Shown: positions 9,307 through 18,498 of the stretch, piece after piece | Position numbering within the stretch: position 1 is the stretch's first letter | Layout: every line of letters starts with the position of its first letter | Assembly (NCBI GenBank): GCA_947084965.1 | Contig: CAMTUG010000001.1 | Coordinates: 1,375 to 65,374, forward strand | Direction of reading: 5' to 3' | DNA length: 64,000 nucleotides | Source of the DNA: an uncultured Parcubacteria group bacterium | GTDB lineage: Bacteria > Patescibacteriota > Patescibacteriia > UBA9934 > CAMTUG01 | The notes under the pieces: model-generated | Seen by the model: only the letters and a program-made list of their open reading frames with translations | Database searches by the model: none | What the model was told of the DNA's origin: nothing | Program-made: the position numbers and the translations under genes

Positions 9307-10277
9307 ACGTTTTTGACAGAGACCTTAGCGAGTTCGTTTTTAGAAGGCCATTTAGAAAGGATGCCGGCTTTGGCCCCGTAGTGTTGAATGACGGATTGCG
9401 AATTGAGAAGTCCTAGGCGGAGAGCGTCTTCGATGCCAAATCCTTTCATGAGGCCCGCCACGAGTCCAGAACCAAAGGCATCGCCTGCGCCCGTGCGAGA
9501 CCTGGCTTTGAGGCTCGACGGTTTTACAAACCAGGTTGTGCCGTCGAGAGAGGCATAGGCTCCTTGCGCCCCGTCGGTGATTACTACGGTCAATGTTGGT
9601 GGGAGGGCGGCGAGGACGTGCGGATTCTCGATCGGGTCTTTTCTAAAGAGGGCGGTCGCCTCCTCACGATTCATGTTGAGGAGGAAGAGATGCTCAAGGG
9701 CCGGGGAAAGACGTTTGATCCCGAGGTTTAGTTCCTTCATCCCTGGGTTCCAACAGATCTTTGTTTTCTTTCCTAACGTTTTGATGATCGTTTCGGCGAG
9801 CGGTACATTTCCCGCGAGCGAAGTCATGTAAATCCAATCGGACTTCATTTTGGAGAAGGGGAGATCAGCTTTCGAAAATCCGGCGCTCACCCCGCGGTAG
9901 ACCATGACCGTACGTTCACCGCCTTTTGGTTCGGTGAGTAAGGTTGAATAGGCCGTCTGTTCACCTTTGATCGCCCGCATCATCGAGGTGTCGACGCCAT
10001 GATCCTCAAGTTCGCCAAAGATTTCTGCGCCTGAGCAGTCCTGCCCCACGCGGGCAATCGCCGCCGTGCGAAACCCGAGGTTTCCAAAGGTTACGGCCGC
10101 GTTTGTCGCCCCACCACCGGTCGCCAGCACCATTTCATCAAGTTCAATTTTGGTGCCAAGCGCCACACATTCGCCGATCCCAGTCAAAAACTGATCAGAT
10201 GAGATAAGCTGGATCTGTTTTGATACCAAAAATGCGTCGCGTGTCGCCGCTCCGATCGTGATGATGTCGTAGGCCAT
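9303..10277 (-). CDS. PfkB-family sugar kinase
   Basis: GG motif near the N-terminus and the C-terminal motif TGAGDAFGSGLVAGL (PfkB signature 2). Confidence 0.85.
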   Translation of the reverse strand: MAYDIITIGAATRDAFLVSKQIQLISSDQFLTGIGECVALGTKIELDEMVLATGGGATNAAVTFGNLGFRTAAIARVGQDCSGAEIFGELEDHGVDTSMMRAIKGEQTAYSTLLTEPKGGERTVMVYRGVSAGFSKADLPFSKMKSDWIYMTSLAGNVPLAETIIKTLGKKTKICWNPGMKELNLGIKRLSPALEHLFLLNMNREEATALFRKDPIENPHVLAALPPTLTVVITDGAQGAYASLDGTTWFVKPSSLKARSRTGAGDAFGSGLVAGLMKGFGIEDALRLGLLNSQSVIQHYGAKAGILSKWPSKNELAKVSVKNV

Positions 10278-10279
10278 AG

Positions 10280-11200
10280 TTATGCTTTACCTGAGCAACC
10301 GAATAACCGCATCTTATCACGAACGACTTTGGTCATCAGTTCGCGAGCGGGGGCTAAGTACTTTCGTGGATCGATATTTCCCGGATCAGCGGCAAGTGCT
10401 TGGCGCACTGCGGCAGTGAAGGCGATGCGCAGGTCGGTGTCGACGTTGATTTTGTTGATCCCGGCGTCGATCGCCCGCTTTAAATGCTCTTCCGACACGC
10501 CGTGGGCCTTTTCGATCTCGCATCCAGCGTCGAGACAGCGGCGCTTTAGCCACAGGGGGACGCTCGAGGCGCCGTGCAGAACGAGCGGCACATTGACCGC
10601 GGCTTTGATCTGCTTTAAGCGATCGATATCGAGGCGTGAAGATCCTTTAAATTTGAACGCCCCGTGCGACGTGCCGATGGCGATCGCGAGCGAATCACAG
10701 CCGGTCTTTTTTACAAACGTCGCCGCCTGCTCAGGGCTCGTTAGGTGGGCGTCGCGTTCGCTGACACTCACAAAATCTTCGATTCCGGCAATCGCCCCGA
10801 GTTCAGCCTCGACCTGGATCCGTTTTTTGTGGGCCATCTTCACAATCGCTCGGGTCTTCAACACGTTGGCGTCGAAAGGAAGCGAAGAACCATCAAACAT
10901 CACGCTCGTGTGTAATCCGAGTTTGATCATCTCGCGTACGAGCTTTTCGTTTTTGCCGTGATCGAGGTGAAAGCAGACCGGCACCTTTGCTTCGGCCGCG
11001 ATCTTTGTCAGCGCATACAAATATTTAACCCCGCCGTACTCTAGCGCCCCTTCGCTCGTCTGCATAATGACCGGGCTATGTTCGGCCACGGCCGCGTCGA
11101 TGATCGCCTGGACCATCTCCAAGTTGTTGACGTTAAACGCTCCGATGGCGTACCCACCTTTGTGCGCTTTTTGCAGCATCGCCTTTGAAGAGACCAACAT
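10280..11200 (-). CDS. fba: Class II fructose/tagatose-bisphosphate aldolase
   Basis: Motifs GGYAIGAFNVNNLE, HLDHG and a GTSHG-like region. I moved the start to the internal ATG at 11200 (MLVSSKAML), which sits 1 nt from the upstream gene's stop. The 51-aa extension in the ORF track is probably not translated. Confidence 0.85.
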   Translation of the reverse strand: MLVSSKAMLQKAHKGGYAIGAFNVNNLEMVQAIIDAAVAEHSPVIMQTSEGALEYGGVKYLYALTKIAAEAKVPVCFHLDHGKNEKLVREMIKLGLHTSVMFDGSSLPFDANVLKTRAIVKMAHKKRIQVEAELGAIAGIEDFVSVSERDAHLTSPEQAATFVKKTGCDSLAIAIGTSHGAFKFKGSSRLDIDRLKQIKAAVNVPLVLHGASSVPLWLKRRCLDAGCEIEKAHGVSEEHLKRAIDAGINKINVDTDLRIAFTAAVRQALAADPGNIDPRKYLAPARELMTKVVRDKMRLFGCSGKA

Positions 11201-11201
11201 A

Positions 11202-12173
11202 CTAAACCTTTTTTGTTTTGAACTTTGGGGCCTTGCGTAGGCGGGCGCGAATTTTTCCTGCCGAAAGGAGCCCTTTGGTTGGACCAACGTAGGCCACGAC
11301 CGAAGCGGCGTTGACCGCTCCCCAGCGCAATGCTTCATTGTGCGTCTGTCCATTCATCAAGGCGCCCATGAATCCGGTCGCAAAGGCGTCACCGGCGCCG
11401 GTCGCTTCGACCATCTTGCTTGGGAAGATGTGGCAGAAGTAGAGATCTTCGCCGTTGAAGACGTGGGCGCCCTCTTTCCCGTTGGTGATCACCACAAGTT
11501 TCGGTCCCATTTTATAGAGCGACGTTGCCAGGCGATGAATCTCCGTTGTGTGTTCTTTGGTAATCGTTTGTGCTTCTTCTAGGTTTACAAACAGCACATG
11601 CGTATGCTGGATTAACTCATAGAGTTGACGTTTGCCTTCTTGGATCTGGACCGCGCCTGGATTGAATCCGAGGATCACGCCGGTTTTTTTGATGTAGTTA
11701 GCAACATCATGGAAGAGGCGTTCATATCCTTTGCCCAGTTCGGACATGTACAACCATTTTGGTTTGGTGAATTTTGGGAGATGGTAGACATCCTCGAGAT
11801 GGGAAGCGAGGATCGTCTTTTCGCCTTTGAAATTCAGAACGACGGAATAACTGCTTTTGGCCGTTGGTGACGTTCGAATGAAGCGCGTATCTACCTTTTC
11901 TCGCTTAAGAACTTCATAGGCGTGCTTGCGTGTCCCATCGATCCCCATGATCGAGACGACCCCTGTTTTAAACCCCATGCGCGAGAGTCCGGTCGCCACG
12001 TTCGGGGCTGATCCGGCGATCTGTGAATCGACCACTTCGACCGGGATTTTTTTTCCGTATTCCAGGCAAAGCAGGCATTCCGGCATTTTGAGTTGGCACT
12101 GGACGCTTGCTTCCGATAGCACCACAAAGGTGTCTAGTTTGATATCTCCGATCGTGATCATGTCATAAGCCAT
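11202..12173 (-). CDS. PfkB-family sugar kinase, second paralog
   Basis: Motif GAGDAFATGFMGALM. The N-terminus MAYDMITIG parallels MAYDIITIG of the first PfkB. Confidence 0.85.
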   Translation of the reverse strand: MAYDMITIGDIKLDTFVVLSEASVQCQLKMPECLLCLEYGKKIPVEVVDSQIAGSAPNVATGLSRMGFKTGVVSIMGIDGTRKHAYEVLKREKVDTRFIRTSPTAKSSYSVVLNFKGEKTILASHLEDVYHLPKFTKPKWLYMSELGKGYERLFHDVANYIKKTGVILGFNPGAVQIQEGKRQLYELIQHTHVLFVNLEEAQTITKEHTTEIHRLATSLYKMGPKLVVITNGKEGAHVFNGEDLYFCHIFPSKMVEATGAGDAFATGFMGALMNGQTHNEALRWGAVNAASVVAYVGPTKGLLSAGKIRARLRKAPKFKTKKV

Positions 12174-12212
12174 AGTAGGACTATTGTATCAGAAATAGCC
12201 TCTGAGGGAACC

Positions 12213-12242
12213 AAAAATCCTCCAGCAACCTGGAGGATTTTT
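12213..12242. terminator. Stem-loop with the same AAAATCCTCCA / TGGAGGATTTT arms as 2201-2233
   Basis: Perfect 11-bp arms with a 6-nt loop, lying between the transketolase C-subunit stop and the PfkB start. Confidence 0.6.
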
Positions 12243-12249
12243 GTCGGCT

Positions 12250-13407
12250 TTACTTCCTTCGCGATTTGAGCGAGGTGTCGGCTTTGGTGCCGTCCCATTT
12301 TTTTGGAGCGCGAGCGAGCGCTTCTTTCATCACGTTCTGTTGCATCTCCGCCAGACGTTTTTTTGCTAGAGTGACGTATTCAGGTTCGGCGATCACTCGG
12401 CCCCCGCGTTTGCGTTTCCAGGCCCGTTCGGCGGCGAGGGCGATGTAGGGGGCGGTGAGGCCGAATGCTTCCATCAATTGATTCGGTTCGCCGGATTCAC
12501 CGAATCGGTCGGCCATGCCAACACGTTCGAGGGGGACTGGGTTGGTTGCACCGAGCGCTTCGGCCACGGCGCCGCCTAATCCTCCGGCCGCTTGCGCTTC
12601 CTCGACCGTCACTACGGCCCCTGTTTCTTTGGCTGCCTGCGCGATCGTCTTTACGTCGAGCGGTTTCACGGTATGGCAGTTGATGACCCGCGCTTCGATT
12701 CCGGACTTGCTGAGCGTCTCAGCGGCGAGGAGCGCTTCGTACACCACCGGCCCCGCGGCGATGATCGTTACGTCCGTGCCGAATCGGTACACTTCCGCAC
12801 GGCCGAATTTGAACGGAGTTTTTTTAGTGGTGAAGACCGGGGATTTTTCCCGGGCGAAGCGAATGTAGGCTGGGCCGTTTAATGCCGCGATCGCCATCGT
12901 TGCTTTTTCGGCTTCGATGGCATCGCAAGGAACAGAAACACGCATGTTCGGGATCACTCGCATGATGGCGATATCTTCGACCATCTGATGCGTTGCACCG
13001 TCTGGACCGACAGACACCCCGGCGTGTGCTCCGGCGATTTTTACGTTCGTGTCGGATAGCGCGATCGTGGTGCGAATCTGCTCCCAGTTGCGACCGGGGG
13101 AGAATCCGGCATAGCTTGAGATGAACGGCACCTTGCCCGCCATCGCCATCCCAGCCGCCAGTGCGGCCATCGATTGCTCGCTCACGCCCAGCTGAACGAA
13201 CCGTTCAGGAAACGCCTCTTTAAACCACAGACTGCGTGTCGATTCCGTTAGATCTGCACACAAGACGACGACGTTTGGATCGATCTTTCCGGCCTCAACC
13301 AAGCCGTGACCGTAGCCATCGCGGGTCGGAAGCTGCTCGAGTTTTTTAGGCTCGAGGACCTCGCGGACGAGGTACATAGATTTGTTGAGGCCGGGTTTGG
13401 TCGTCAT
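12250..13407 (-). CDS. Transketolase C-terminal subunit (split transketolase) with an about 70-aa basic C-terminal tail
   Basis: Carries the pyrimidine-binding and C-terminal domains (EQSMAALAAGMAMAGKVPF). The tail ERAWKRKRGGRV...KSRRK is not typical of this subunit. Confidence 0.85.
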   Translation of the reverse strand: MTTKPGLNKSMYLVREVLEPKKLEQLPTRDGYGHGLVEAGKIDPNVVVLCADLTESTRSLWFKEAFPERFVQLGVSEQSMAALAAGMAMAGKVPFISSYAGFSPGRNWEQIRTTIALSDTNVKIAGAHAGVSVGPDGATHQMVEDIAIMRVIPNMRVSVPCDAIEAEKATMAIAALNGPAYIRFAREKSPVFTTKKTPFKFGRAEVYRFGTDVTIIAAGPVVYEALLAAETLSKSGIEARVINCHTVKPLDVKTIAQAAKETGAVVTVEEAQAAGGLGGAVAEALGATNPVPLERVGMADRFGESGEPNQLMEAFGLTAPYIALAAERAWKRKRGGRVIAEPEYVTLAKKRLAEMQQNVMKEALARAPKKWDGTKADTSLKSRRK

Positions 13408-13416
13408 ACAGGTCCG

Positions 13417-14346
13417 TTATTTTCTGCGTTGAATCAACTTGGCGATCCCCCAGATGATCAGTCCGAGCGGGATCAAGATGCCGCCGCCGATGATCAGGAG
13501 GTAGATCAATCCTTCAATTCCGCGTTGAGCTAGAGCAATCAACGCTTGGGACGCTTCACGGATGGTGTCGAGCGGACGGAAGTCTTTGCTCGGGACGCGA
13601 AGGGTCGGCTCTTCCGAGAGGGAAACGCTGATCGTCGAGTAAGTCGTCACGTTTTCCAAGTATTTGATACGACCTTGGAGCGATTCAATCGTCGACCGCA
13701 CTCCGAACAGTTCGCGTTGGACCGCAAGGACATCTTCCACATCCTCGGCGCGGGTCAACAAGGCGAGAAGTTCTGCTTCTTGCGCTTCAGCATTGCGCAG
13801 CTGTGCCTGCATGTCGGTGTACTGTTCTGTGACGTCCTGTCCGCTTGAAGATTCTGTCTGTACGACCGTGGCAAATTCTTTAATGGCTGTCATTGATGCT
13901 TCAAATTCTGCCGACGGTACGCGAGCCGTTACAGAGCCGAAGTGCGTTCCGTCTCCGCGCTCCTGGACCTCGCTCGACTGGATGAATCCGCCTTTGCCGG
14001 TGGCGAGCGCGGTCACTTGCGAGACGGTCTCCGCGACATCAGAAACTTCCATATCAATGTACCCAGTCTTGATGATCTTCTGATCGACTTCGGCCGCCGT
14101 TTCCCCGGCGGTCGGAGATTCTGGAGGATACATCATGGCGCGTTCCTCCACCGCAAGACTGTCGCTGTAGTCCATCACCAGCTCAAAGTCGGCAGACTTT
14201 GATGGAAATCCCATCATGCCTGCTTCACCGGAACTTGAGGCTGTGATACCGGTCGTCTGTCGCGACATGATCACAAACGGGGAGAGGATGATCCCGAGTA
14301 AGATAACCGCGACCCCGGCCACGATCCACATGGTGCGCTTGGACAT
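13417..14346 (-). CDS. DUF4349-like membrane-anchored coiled-coil protein
   Basis: An N-terminal TM helix, a central coiled coil (AQLRNAEAQEAELLALL) and a C-terminal TM helix. It lies between the two transketolase halves, 1-2 nt from each neighbour. Confidence 0.55.
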   Translation of the reverse strand: MSKRTMWIVAGVAVILLGIILSPFVIMSRQTTGITASSSGEAGMMGFPSKSADFELVMDYSDSLAVEERAMMYPPESPTAGETAAEVDQKIIKTGYIDMEVSDVAETVSQVTALATGKGGFIQSSEVQERGDGTHFGSVTARVPSAEFEASMTAIKEFATVVQTESSSGQDVTEQYTDMQAQLRNAEAQEAELLALLTRAEDVEDVLAVQRELFGVRSTIESLQGRIKYLENVTTYSTISVSLSEEPTLRVPSKDFRPLDTIREASQALIALAQRGIEGLIYLLIIGGGILIPLGLIIWGIAKLIQRRK

Positions 14347-14347
14347 A

Positions 14348-15229
14348 TTATTGGTGTTCAGAAATGATTTTTCCGTTTAACGTTCGCAATTGGGTGATGG
14401 CATTCACCGATTCCGCCCCAGCCTTCGGGGGGATGCCGTGCCACTTGAAATCGTACTGCATAAACTCGACGCCGAACCCCGGGATCGTGTCGGCGATAAT
14501 CACCGTCGGTTTAGCGGCCACCGCATGAGCGCGTTCGACCGCGGTCACAAAGTCGTGGATGTCGTGTCCAGCACAGCGCTCCACATTCAGCCCAAACGCC
14601 TTGAACTTATCGGTCAGCGGCTCGAGCGGCATGATCTCTTCGGTCGCGCCGTCGATCTGAATGTTGTTGCGATCAATAATGAAGGTGCAGTTGTACAGTT
14701 TGTTGCGGCTCGCAAAGAGCATCGTTTCCCAGGTGATTCCGGCTTCTAATTCGCCATCGCTCATCACGCAGTAGACGCGAGCAGGAGAGCCGCTCATCAT
14801 CAGCGCATAGGCGAGTCCGGCTGCTTGTGGGGAGCCGTCGCCGAGCGGTCCAGCCGTGTTTTCGACGGCGGGTAGCCAGGTGCGCTCCGGGTGGCCTTGC
14901 AACGTTGAGCCGAGTTTACGGAGCGTCATCAACATCTTTTTAGGGATGTATCCAGCGTGGGCCATGGCCACGTAGCGAATCGGACAGATGTGGCCGTTGC
15001 TTAGAATCAATCGATCACGATCGACCCAGTCCGGTTTTTTCGGATCATGCACCATGACGTGAAAGTAGAGGGCGGTGAAAATATCGGCCATGCCGAGCGG
15101 TCCGGCGCTGTGGCCAGAACCGGCTTCGACCAGCAGGTCGATCACATCTTCGCGCATCTGCATCGCTCGCAATTCCAATTGTTGGAGCTTTTTATCATGC
15201 AGGTGCAGTTGGGGTGCTCTTGGTTTCAT
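14348..15229 (-). CDS. Transketolase N-terminal subunit (thiamine diphosphate-binding)
   Basis: Motif GSGHSAGPLGMADIF. I chose the ATG at 15229. The ORF track starts at a TTG at 15244, which would translate part of the repeat element as DFEF. Confidence 0.8.
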   Translation of the reverse strand: MKPRAPQLHLHDKKLQQLELRAMQMREDVIDLLVEAGSGHSAGPLGMADIFTALYFHVMVHDPKKPDWVDRDRLILSNGHICPIRYVAMAHAGYIPKKMLMTLRKLGSTLQGHPERTWLPAVENTAGPLGDGSPQAAGLAYALMMSGSPARVYCVMSDGELEAGITWETMLFASRNKLYNCTFIIDRNNIQIDGATEEIMPLEPLTDKFKAFGLNVERCAGHDIHDFVTAVERAHAVAAKPTVIIADTIPGFGVEFMQYDFKWHGIPPKAGAESVNAITQLRTLNGKIISEHQ

Positions 15230-15230
15230 A

Positions 15231-15320
15231 AATTCGAAATCCAAAATCCGAAATTCGAATGAAACCTTTCACTATTTCCTATTTTCCGATTGTTTCGTAT
15301 TTCGATATTCGCATTTTGTA
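15231..15320. repeat. Composite CGAAATY repeat element: heptamer units followed by a conserved about 37-nt core
   Basis: Sequence AATTCGAAATCCAAAATCCGAAATTCGAATG followed by TTTTCCGATTGTTTCGTATTTCGATATTCG. The core is nearly identical to 58538-58567. Confidence 0.6.
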
Positions 15321-15331
15321 TTTTCCGCATA

Positions 15332-15709
15332 CTAGTGCTTATCGACGTTCAGTTGGACCAACGTGAAAATGCCGATCATGATCCCGAGCATCAAGTTGTT
15401 CCAAGAAAATTGTTCGAGGGTGAATCCGAGGGCGAAGGGCGCGATCACCAGCCAGGTTCCTGCTCCAACGGCGATCCAGTGCATCGCTCGAGCGGCATCG
15501 GCTTTGTGCACGACCGCGTCGGTAGAGATGGCGATGAGTGTAAAGACGACGAGTCCTAGACCGAAGATCAAATTGCTTGCCTCCAGAAAACGAATAACGG
15601 ATTCGATAGATTCCGCGTTAAAAAAGTTCCAGAGAATACGTTCGGCAACGAACGGGGACAGACCGATCCAAAACGCGATGGCGAAAATAATCCAATGAAT
15701 TGATTTCAT
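15332..15709 (-). CDS. SPW-repeat small membrane protein
   Basis: Two half-repeats, WIGLSPFV and WLVIAPFA, each inside a hydrophobic helix pair. Confidence 0.55.
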   Translation of the reverse strand: MKSIHWIIFAIAFWIGLSPFVAERILWNFFNAESIESVIRFLEASNLIFGLGLVVFTLIAISTDAVVHKADAARAMHWIAVGAGTWLVIAPFALGFTLEQFSWNNLMLGIMIGIFTLVQLNVDKH

Positions 15710-15774
15710 ATACAGTTATTTTAGCACAAAACCAAAAGCGGAGCATTGGGAGCTCCGCTTTTGCGTTCAGGAGA

Positions 15775-16590
15775 TTATTCCACGATCAGGGTGCCGGTCA
15801 TGTCTGGGTGGTAGGAACAGAAGAAGGTGTACGTTCCTGGTTCTGTGAAGCGGCGAATCCAGAAGTCGCCGTTCGGGTCGAGCGTTCCTGATCCCCAGTC
15901 GAGATCGTCGGAAGTGGCGGTGTGCTTTTCATCGCCGTTGTTGGTCCAGCGAACGGTCTGGCCCGCTTCGATCGTGAAGCTGCTGTCGCTGTAGCCGTCG
16001 TCGGTGATTTCAATGTCGAGCGGAGCGACCAGTCCCTTGTCTTCGTTGATGTCGTACGTTTCATCGATCGCATCGATGGTGGCCTGGTAGGCGTCGGCTT
16101 CATCGGTGTCGCCAATGTCGTTGTCGCGGGTGTAGTTGCCGAAGAATCCATCTGGAACGTCGTCAATCATGGTGTTCCAGCTTGATCCGAACAGTTCGAT
16201 CGCTACCGCTTCGGTTTCTACCCAGCGTAAGCCACCGTCCGCACTGATGGTGTAGGTTTTTGGATCCGTGTTGATTTTGATCATGCGGACCCCTGGTTTG
16301 TAGGTGACGTTGCCGCCAATCTGGATGCGACCGAGATCGGTGTCGGTGACCCACTTGATGTTGGAGAAGTCGCTGTACCAGGTGAAGTAGGTTTTGTCGT
16401 TCGGAAAGACGTAGCGGAATCCGTCCGCGCCGTAGTAATACACGGCAGAGAAGGTTGGGCCACGGAACAGGTCGCCGGCTTCAAGATCGGCAAGGGCGGT
16501 GTAGGTCGTCGCCGCCTGGGCTGGAGCCACAGGAAACCCTCCGATCACGATCGCCATCACGAAGAATGCTGTGAGAGCTTTTTGGAACAT
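15775..16590 (-). CDS. Secreted protein with a C-terminal cupredoxin (type-1 copper) domain
   Basis: Signal peptide. The C-terminus has TYTFFCSYHPDMTG, a Cys-x2-His-x3-Met copper ligand set, with an upstream His in GDEKHTA. Confidence 0.55.
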   Translation of the reverse strand: MFQKALTAFFVMAIVIGGFPVAPAQAATTYTALADLEAGDLFRGPTFSAVYYYGADGFRYVFPNDKTYFTWYSDFSNIKWVTDTDLGRIQIGGNVTYKPGVRMIKINTDPKTYTISADGGLRWVETEAVAIELFGSSWNTMIDDVPDGFFGNYTRDNDIGDTDEADAYQATIDAIDETYDINEDKGLVAPLDIEITDDGYSDSSFTIEAGQTVRWTNNGDEKHTATSDDLDWGSGTLDPNGDFWIRRFTEPGTYTFFCSYHPDMTGTLIVE

Positions 16591-16618
16591 AGGAATGAGA
16601 ACTAATTAGGTGAATCTA

Positions 16619-17266
16619 TTATAGCAGAGTCGTTTGGAATTGTCTTATCGCGGCGCAAGGGTCCGGGGCGGCCCAGATCGCAGAGGCGGTGACAAGACGG
16701 TCACATCCAGCATTAATGATACCCGGCGCGTTCTCTAAAGTAACGCCGCCATCAACGCCGATCGGAAGTTCTGGGTATTGATGATGGATTTCGCGGATCT
16801 TTTGCAAGATGTACTCACCTTCAAATGGTCGACCGGATTGTCCTGGATGGACCCCCATCACGAGGATCGATTGGATCTGGTCCATGTGTTTGTGAATTTC
16901 GTGGAACGGCGTTTCCGGGTTCAGGGCGACCCCTGTTTCAAGTTTGTACCACTGACGGATCCGTTCAATGATTGATTCGAGCTGTCGGTCGAGTTCGGCG
17001 TGGATAATCGCTCGCGTGAGCGTTGGGACGTGTTGCTTCCAGGCATCGATGATCGGCAGCGGGTTTTCGACCATCAGATGTATTTCATAGTTGACCTTGG
17101 TCACGATATCGCCAATGACTTGCGGATCGTGCCAGCTGACGTGGGGGAAGAGCGTACCGTCTAAAATGTCGACGTGGATCGTTTTGACCTGCTCATCGAC
17201 TAAACGCAGGCGGCGTTCGAATTCTTCTTTTGATTCAACGAGGATCGAAGGGATGATTTCTACCAT
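16619..17266 (-). CDS. rpe: Ribulose-phosphate 3-epimerase
   Basis: Motifs HVDILDG, HLMV and MGVHPGQSG. I chose the ATG at 17266, which is 1 nt from the rpiB stop. Confidence 0.85.
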   Translation of the reverse strand: MVEIIPSILVESKEEFERRLRLVDEQVKTIHVDILDGTLFPHVSWHDPQVIGDIVTKVNYEIHLMVENPLPIIDAWKQHVPTLTRAIIHAELDRQLESIIERIRQWYKLETGVALNPETPFHEIHKHMDQIQSILVMGVHPGQSGRPFEGEYILQKIREIHHQYPELPIGVDGGVTLENAPGIINAGCDRLVTASAIWAAPDPCAAIRQFQTTLL

Positions 17267-17267
17267 A

Positions 17268-17726
17268 TCAAGATTCTTTTTCAATTTCTTCCACCTGTTT
17301 TAAACGTCGAACGTGGCGTTCTTCGCCGGAGAACGGGGTGGTAAGGAACGTGCGGACGATCTCGATCCCTTGGGCGAACTCTTCGTTGCGGCCGGGGATC
17401 GAAATGATGTTGGCATTGTCGTCGTTCCTTGATGTGCGCGCCGCTTCGAGTGAATAACCGATCGCTGCTCGAGCGCCGTCCGTTTTGTTGGCAACGATCG
17501 TTATTCCTTCAGCGTTACCACAGGAGAGAACACCAAATGAGCCGGGGTTTTTGACGACCGCTTCGGCTACGGCGTGGCCGTACTGCGGGTAATCGTCTGT
17601 TTCAACGAGTGCGAGGGCACCGAGATCTTCGATCGTGTACCCATCTTCCATCAGCGCAGCTTTGACCGCCTCTTTCATGTGGTACCCTGCGTGGTCTGCA
17701 CCGAGGTAAATCTTCGGTTTGTCCAT
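17268..17726 (-). CDS. rpiB: Ribose-5-phosphate isomerase B
   Basis: RpiB/LacAB family: MDKPKIYLGADHAGY...CGNAEGITIVANK. Confidence 0.85.
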   Translation of the reverse strand: MDKPKIYLGADHAGYHMKEAVKAALMEDGYTIEDLGALALVETDDYPQYGHAVAEAVVKNPGSFGVLSCGNAEGITIVANKTDGARAAIGYSLEAARTSRNDDNANIISIPGRNEEFAQGIEIVRTFLTTPFSGEERHVRRLKQVEEIEKES

Positions 17727-17727
17727 A

Positions 17728-18426
17728 TTAGCCGCTGCCGTTTTTCCTCGGCTTGCTTAAGCGGTCCGGGGCGATGCAATATTTTCCGTAGTCTGTTGTG
17801 GCCAGTGTTTCCACGACCTTCTTGACTAACTCTTTCGGGTCGGTGTCAAAGATGATGTGCGCTTTGACCGACTTTTTGGCGGTGTGCAGGAGGTGCGAAA
17901 TTTCATCGGCGATCCCGCCGGAGTCGAGCAAGACCCCGATCAACTTTTTGTCTTCAAAGGCGATCGTAAATTCGTTCAACGTCCCCATGCGTCCACCGAT
18001 CGTGATCACGGCATCGGCCGCGCGCGTCAGGAGTAAGTTGCGTCCGGCGTAGTCAAAGCCGGTGTAGACGATCACGTCGTGATAGTTACACGGGAGTTTG
18101 TAGGATTTGACGTGGGCGAGGGACGTGGCGGCTGGGGAGAAGCCGATACAGAGTCCGCCGTGTTCGTAGTTGCCGCGGGCGGATTCATAAGGAAGCCCAG
18201 TTGTCGCGCCTGTCAGAAGGACAGCCCCGTGCAAGGCGATCTGTCGGCCGACTTCGTACGCTTTGTCGGCTGAGGCTTTGAGTGTTTCGCCCGCCGCGGC
18301 TCCAGATACGCAGATTTTGAACGCCCCTTCTAATCCGTAAGAGACGTTTTGCTTCGCTAGTTTGATGATCTTTCGCTGTCCTTTTTCTAGCTTCTTCTCT
18401 GTGGGGGTCGTCTTCGATTTTGCCAT
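17728..18426 (-). CDS. LOG/TIGR00725-like Rossmann-fold protein with a basic N-terminal extension
   Basis: The motif VITIGGRMGTLNEF matches the LOG-family PGGxGTxxE signature. I used the ATG at 18426 (MAKSKTT). The 5' part of the ORF in the track appears untranslated. Confidence 0.55.
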   Translation of the reverse strand: MAKSKTTPTEKKLEKGQRKIIKLAKQNVSYGLEGAFKICVSGAAAGETLKASADKAYEVGRQIALHGAVLLTGATTGLPYESARGNYEHGGLCIGFSPAATSLAHVKSYKLPCNYHDVIVYTGFDYAGRNLLLTRAADAVITIGGRMGTLNEFTIAFEDKKLIGVLLDSGGIADEISHLLHTAKKSVKAHIIFDTDPKELVKKVVETLATTDYGKYCIAPDRLSKPRKNGSG

Positions 18427-18498
18427 AAAGTTCTTTACTGAGTTTCCTGGATTATAGCACTTGAGTTCATTGGCCCCAAATGTTAGGATTCTCGCATT

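Noticed and set aside
11201-11353. The 51-aa N-terminal extension on the class II aldolase ORF.
   Set aside because: It would overlap the upstream PfkB gene by 150 nt. The internal ATG at 11200 gives the canonical aldolase N-terminus and a 1-nt intergenic gap.
15798-16493. The Thr/Pro/Ser-rich alternate-frame ORFs inside the cupredoxin gene.
   Set aside because: They are same-strand frame shifts of a real gene with a signal peptide and a copper-site motif. They come from low-complexity composition.
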